In this document: piece after piece, positions 61,632 through 64,000 of the stretch
Position numbering within the stretch: position 1 is the stretch's first letter
Layout: the number at the start of each line of letters is the position of its first letter
Source: Lytechinus pictus
Taxonomy: Eukaryota
Assembly: GCF_037042905.1 (NCBI RefSeq)
Contig: NC_087252.1
Span: 2,792,001-2,856,000 of the forward strand
Direction of reading: 5' to 3'
Length of the DNA stretch: 64,000 nucleotides
Notes under the pieces: model-generated
What the model was told of the DNA's origin: nothing
Database searches by the model: none
The model's input: only the letters and a program-made list of their open reading frames with translations
Translations under genes and position numbers: made by a program

Positions 61632-64000
61632 TGTTTAAGAGTGCTTTTGATAGACATTGAATTATTGTTCAGACATAAATAGTTTTTTGTTGTTGTTCTG
61701 CTCTGAAGCACTTTGAGCATCTAATTAATATGGAAAGTGCACTATACAAAACTCATTTATTATTATTACTATTATTATTAAAGCAATTTTTCCAGCTGTT
61801 GTTAAACCCGACAGTCACACTGCAATTAAGCGTCCACAAACATGACAAAGCTGCAATGCGCCCTCTACAGTTCAATGCATGCCATACGGGTTTTGTGTCA
61901 AACGGTACTTTCTGTGGATGAAGCGAAAAATTAGGGCTTCGGAGTATGCAGTCTGTAATTAGCAAAATTCATCATTAGATATTCTGTGCCTGAGGGAGAC
62001 ACGCGAAGATTACAGACTTGGTTTCGGATTTGAAAATTCGAAAGAAAAATACATCCATTTTAGTTTAAAGAAGTAAGGGATTAAAACCACTTGACGAGGA
62101 GATTTAGGTGACGGGCGGATTAAGAAAATTGCCTCGAGTTAAATGGATATTGTTGTAAATCAAGTAACAAAAAATATTTCTTCAACTCCGGAATATATGC
62201 TAATCATAAACAGATGGACAATTTTTATGCTCTTCAATATTTTTACTTTCTTTGTATGTTTTGTTCTTCTTGTTATTTTTTGTTATTTTGTTATTTTTAT
62301 AAATCTTCCCTTTTCCCCTTTTTCGTTAAATATTAACTCATATAACTTCATCGTTGCCGAGAATCGTAATTTTTCTTAACCATTGATTGAAAAATAAAAT
62401 AAACTGGGTGGCTATAAAAGGAAATAAAGTCTTACACTAAATAGTAATTCTGTGATATTATATTCTTATAATTGGGCGTACGTGTTATTAATTGCCTACG
62501 ACAATTATAGGTCTATATGGAAACAAACAGACAAGTTCATATAAAAACAACAATTGACGCAAAATTGGTTTAGGGAAAAATAGAACCATCATCAAAACGA
62601 GGAGGTGGTAGAATATAAAAGAAGTTATAAATAACGTTTGAAATAATGTATTTATCTAGACAGTGAATGGCAAGTACAGATGCCCAGGTAATCTATATAA
62701 ATTAAATGGAATATTTGGCAATAAAAATCCAACATTTCGAAGATTGGAAAAAAAAGAATCTCTACTTAGCTATTCCAAACACCGATCTCAGTGTTAATGG
62801 GTATGAATATAGATTTAAGAGATAATACTGAAAGTGAGTTAGTATCAGGTATATGGGGACTAAAATGCTGATGTTTTTCCAGCAAATCTTACTGAGACAT
62901 AATCATAATATTTGTATCAATTTATCTAATCACAATCATAAGAAATGGAATAGAATTTGAAATGCAATGATTAAAAACACGACAAAAGAGGATTGATTGA
63001 GTAAATCATCAACAACAGCAAAACCCCCTCAGTTTTAAACAACAAACATGTCAATTAGCGAACATCTTTCGATTTCATTTCTTTGTTCTTCATGCCATCC
63101 CAATCTCTTTCCATCTCTCCCTTTCTTTGACATTTTCCGCCTGCTTTGACTCTGCATTCATCTCCCTCTTCCCCCCTTTCTCCTCCTCCATCTTTCAATC
63201 TCTCTCTCTCTCTCTTATCTCATTTTGTATCCTCCTTTCAATGCTTTCAGCCCTTCGTCCTTCCCTGTTATCAATTGAGATCTCAGGTGCACTCTCATTC
63301 AGATGTCGACCTTGCTGTAAAAATCCATTAATGATTCACTTCATGGACCCCCGAAAACAATTTCAAGAGAAAACAAGAAAATATAAGAATAACAAGAGAA
63401 AACGAAATTAGAGAATGAAAGTAATGAATTTTAAATGAAAAGAGGAAGAAACATTGAACATAAGAGAGAAAATGGGAAATATTCAAGGAAAGGGTGTAAC
63501 GAATATAGGAGGAAAATGAAATATAGAAAGCAATGAGAGAGAAGAGGTCAAGATTTAAGATAAAGAAAAATAAAGATACAAAAATAAAAGCAGTTGAAAA
63601 ACATAACAAAAGGGGGAACGGGATTCTGCAACTGACTCAAAGGGGAAGTTCACCCTGAAGAAAATTTTATAAAAATGTTTTGTTAAAATAGCAAAACAAA
63701 TAATATGAAATATTGGTGAACATGTGAAAAAAGCGTTTAAAGTTTAATAAATCTATTCGAATGTTAAGTGTTTGAATGTGTGACATCATATACGAGCAGC
63801 TGCCCCATATGTTACGTAATACAAAATGCATGAATTTCAATTTTTAATGGTTTATGATGACTATAAAATTTCTGCTTTCAGGAGCGTTTGTATAATAATT
63901 TGTCTCTTGATATACTAACGGTACAATAAAACCCATTTTCATTTCACATTTCATTAATATTTTTCTTAATTTATGAAACACATGAAGCTGGTCGCATATG

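Noticed and set aside
63100..63610. Hydrophobic ORFs
   Set aside because: They arise from CT-rich and GA-rich low-complexity tracts.

Overview
AT-rich, repeat-dense animal genomic DNA. It is most likely an echinoderm or sea urchin, inferred from the tRNA-derived SINE, the poly-G-ended MITE families and the GPCR type; nothing looks prokaryotic. The only intact coding sequences are two intronless 351-aa rhodopsin-class GPCR ORFs (3338-4393, 9714-10769) in a ~6.37-kb tandem duplication. The array begins left of the window and ends at ~24860. Its last segment is split by a 10,736-bp insertion (13600-24335) with a TTAA target duplication and AG..CT termini (Kolobok-like); the exact empty site is visible in the other two copies. 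This element carries nested MITEs, satellites and a decayed PHD-finger-like frame. Divergence between the duplicate units switches abruptly inside GPCR copy 2, suggesting a two-haplotype mosaic. The rest of the window is non-coding and holds DNA-transposon MITEs with readable TIRs and TSDs (Kolobok-, hAT-, PIF/Harbinger-, CACTA- and AcademH-like), SINEs, microsatellites and apparent excision footprints (P-element-like CAT..ATG stubs with 7-bp TSDs; excess TAGGCCTA). All comparisons were made by eye, and superfamily names rest on termini and TSD rules only.
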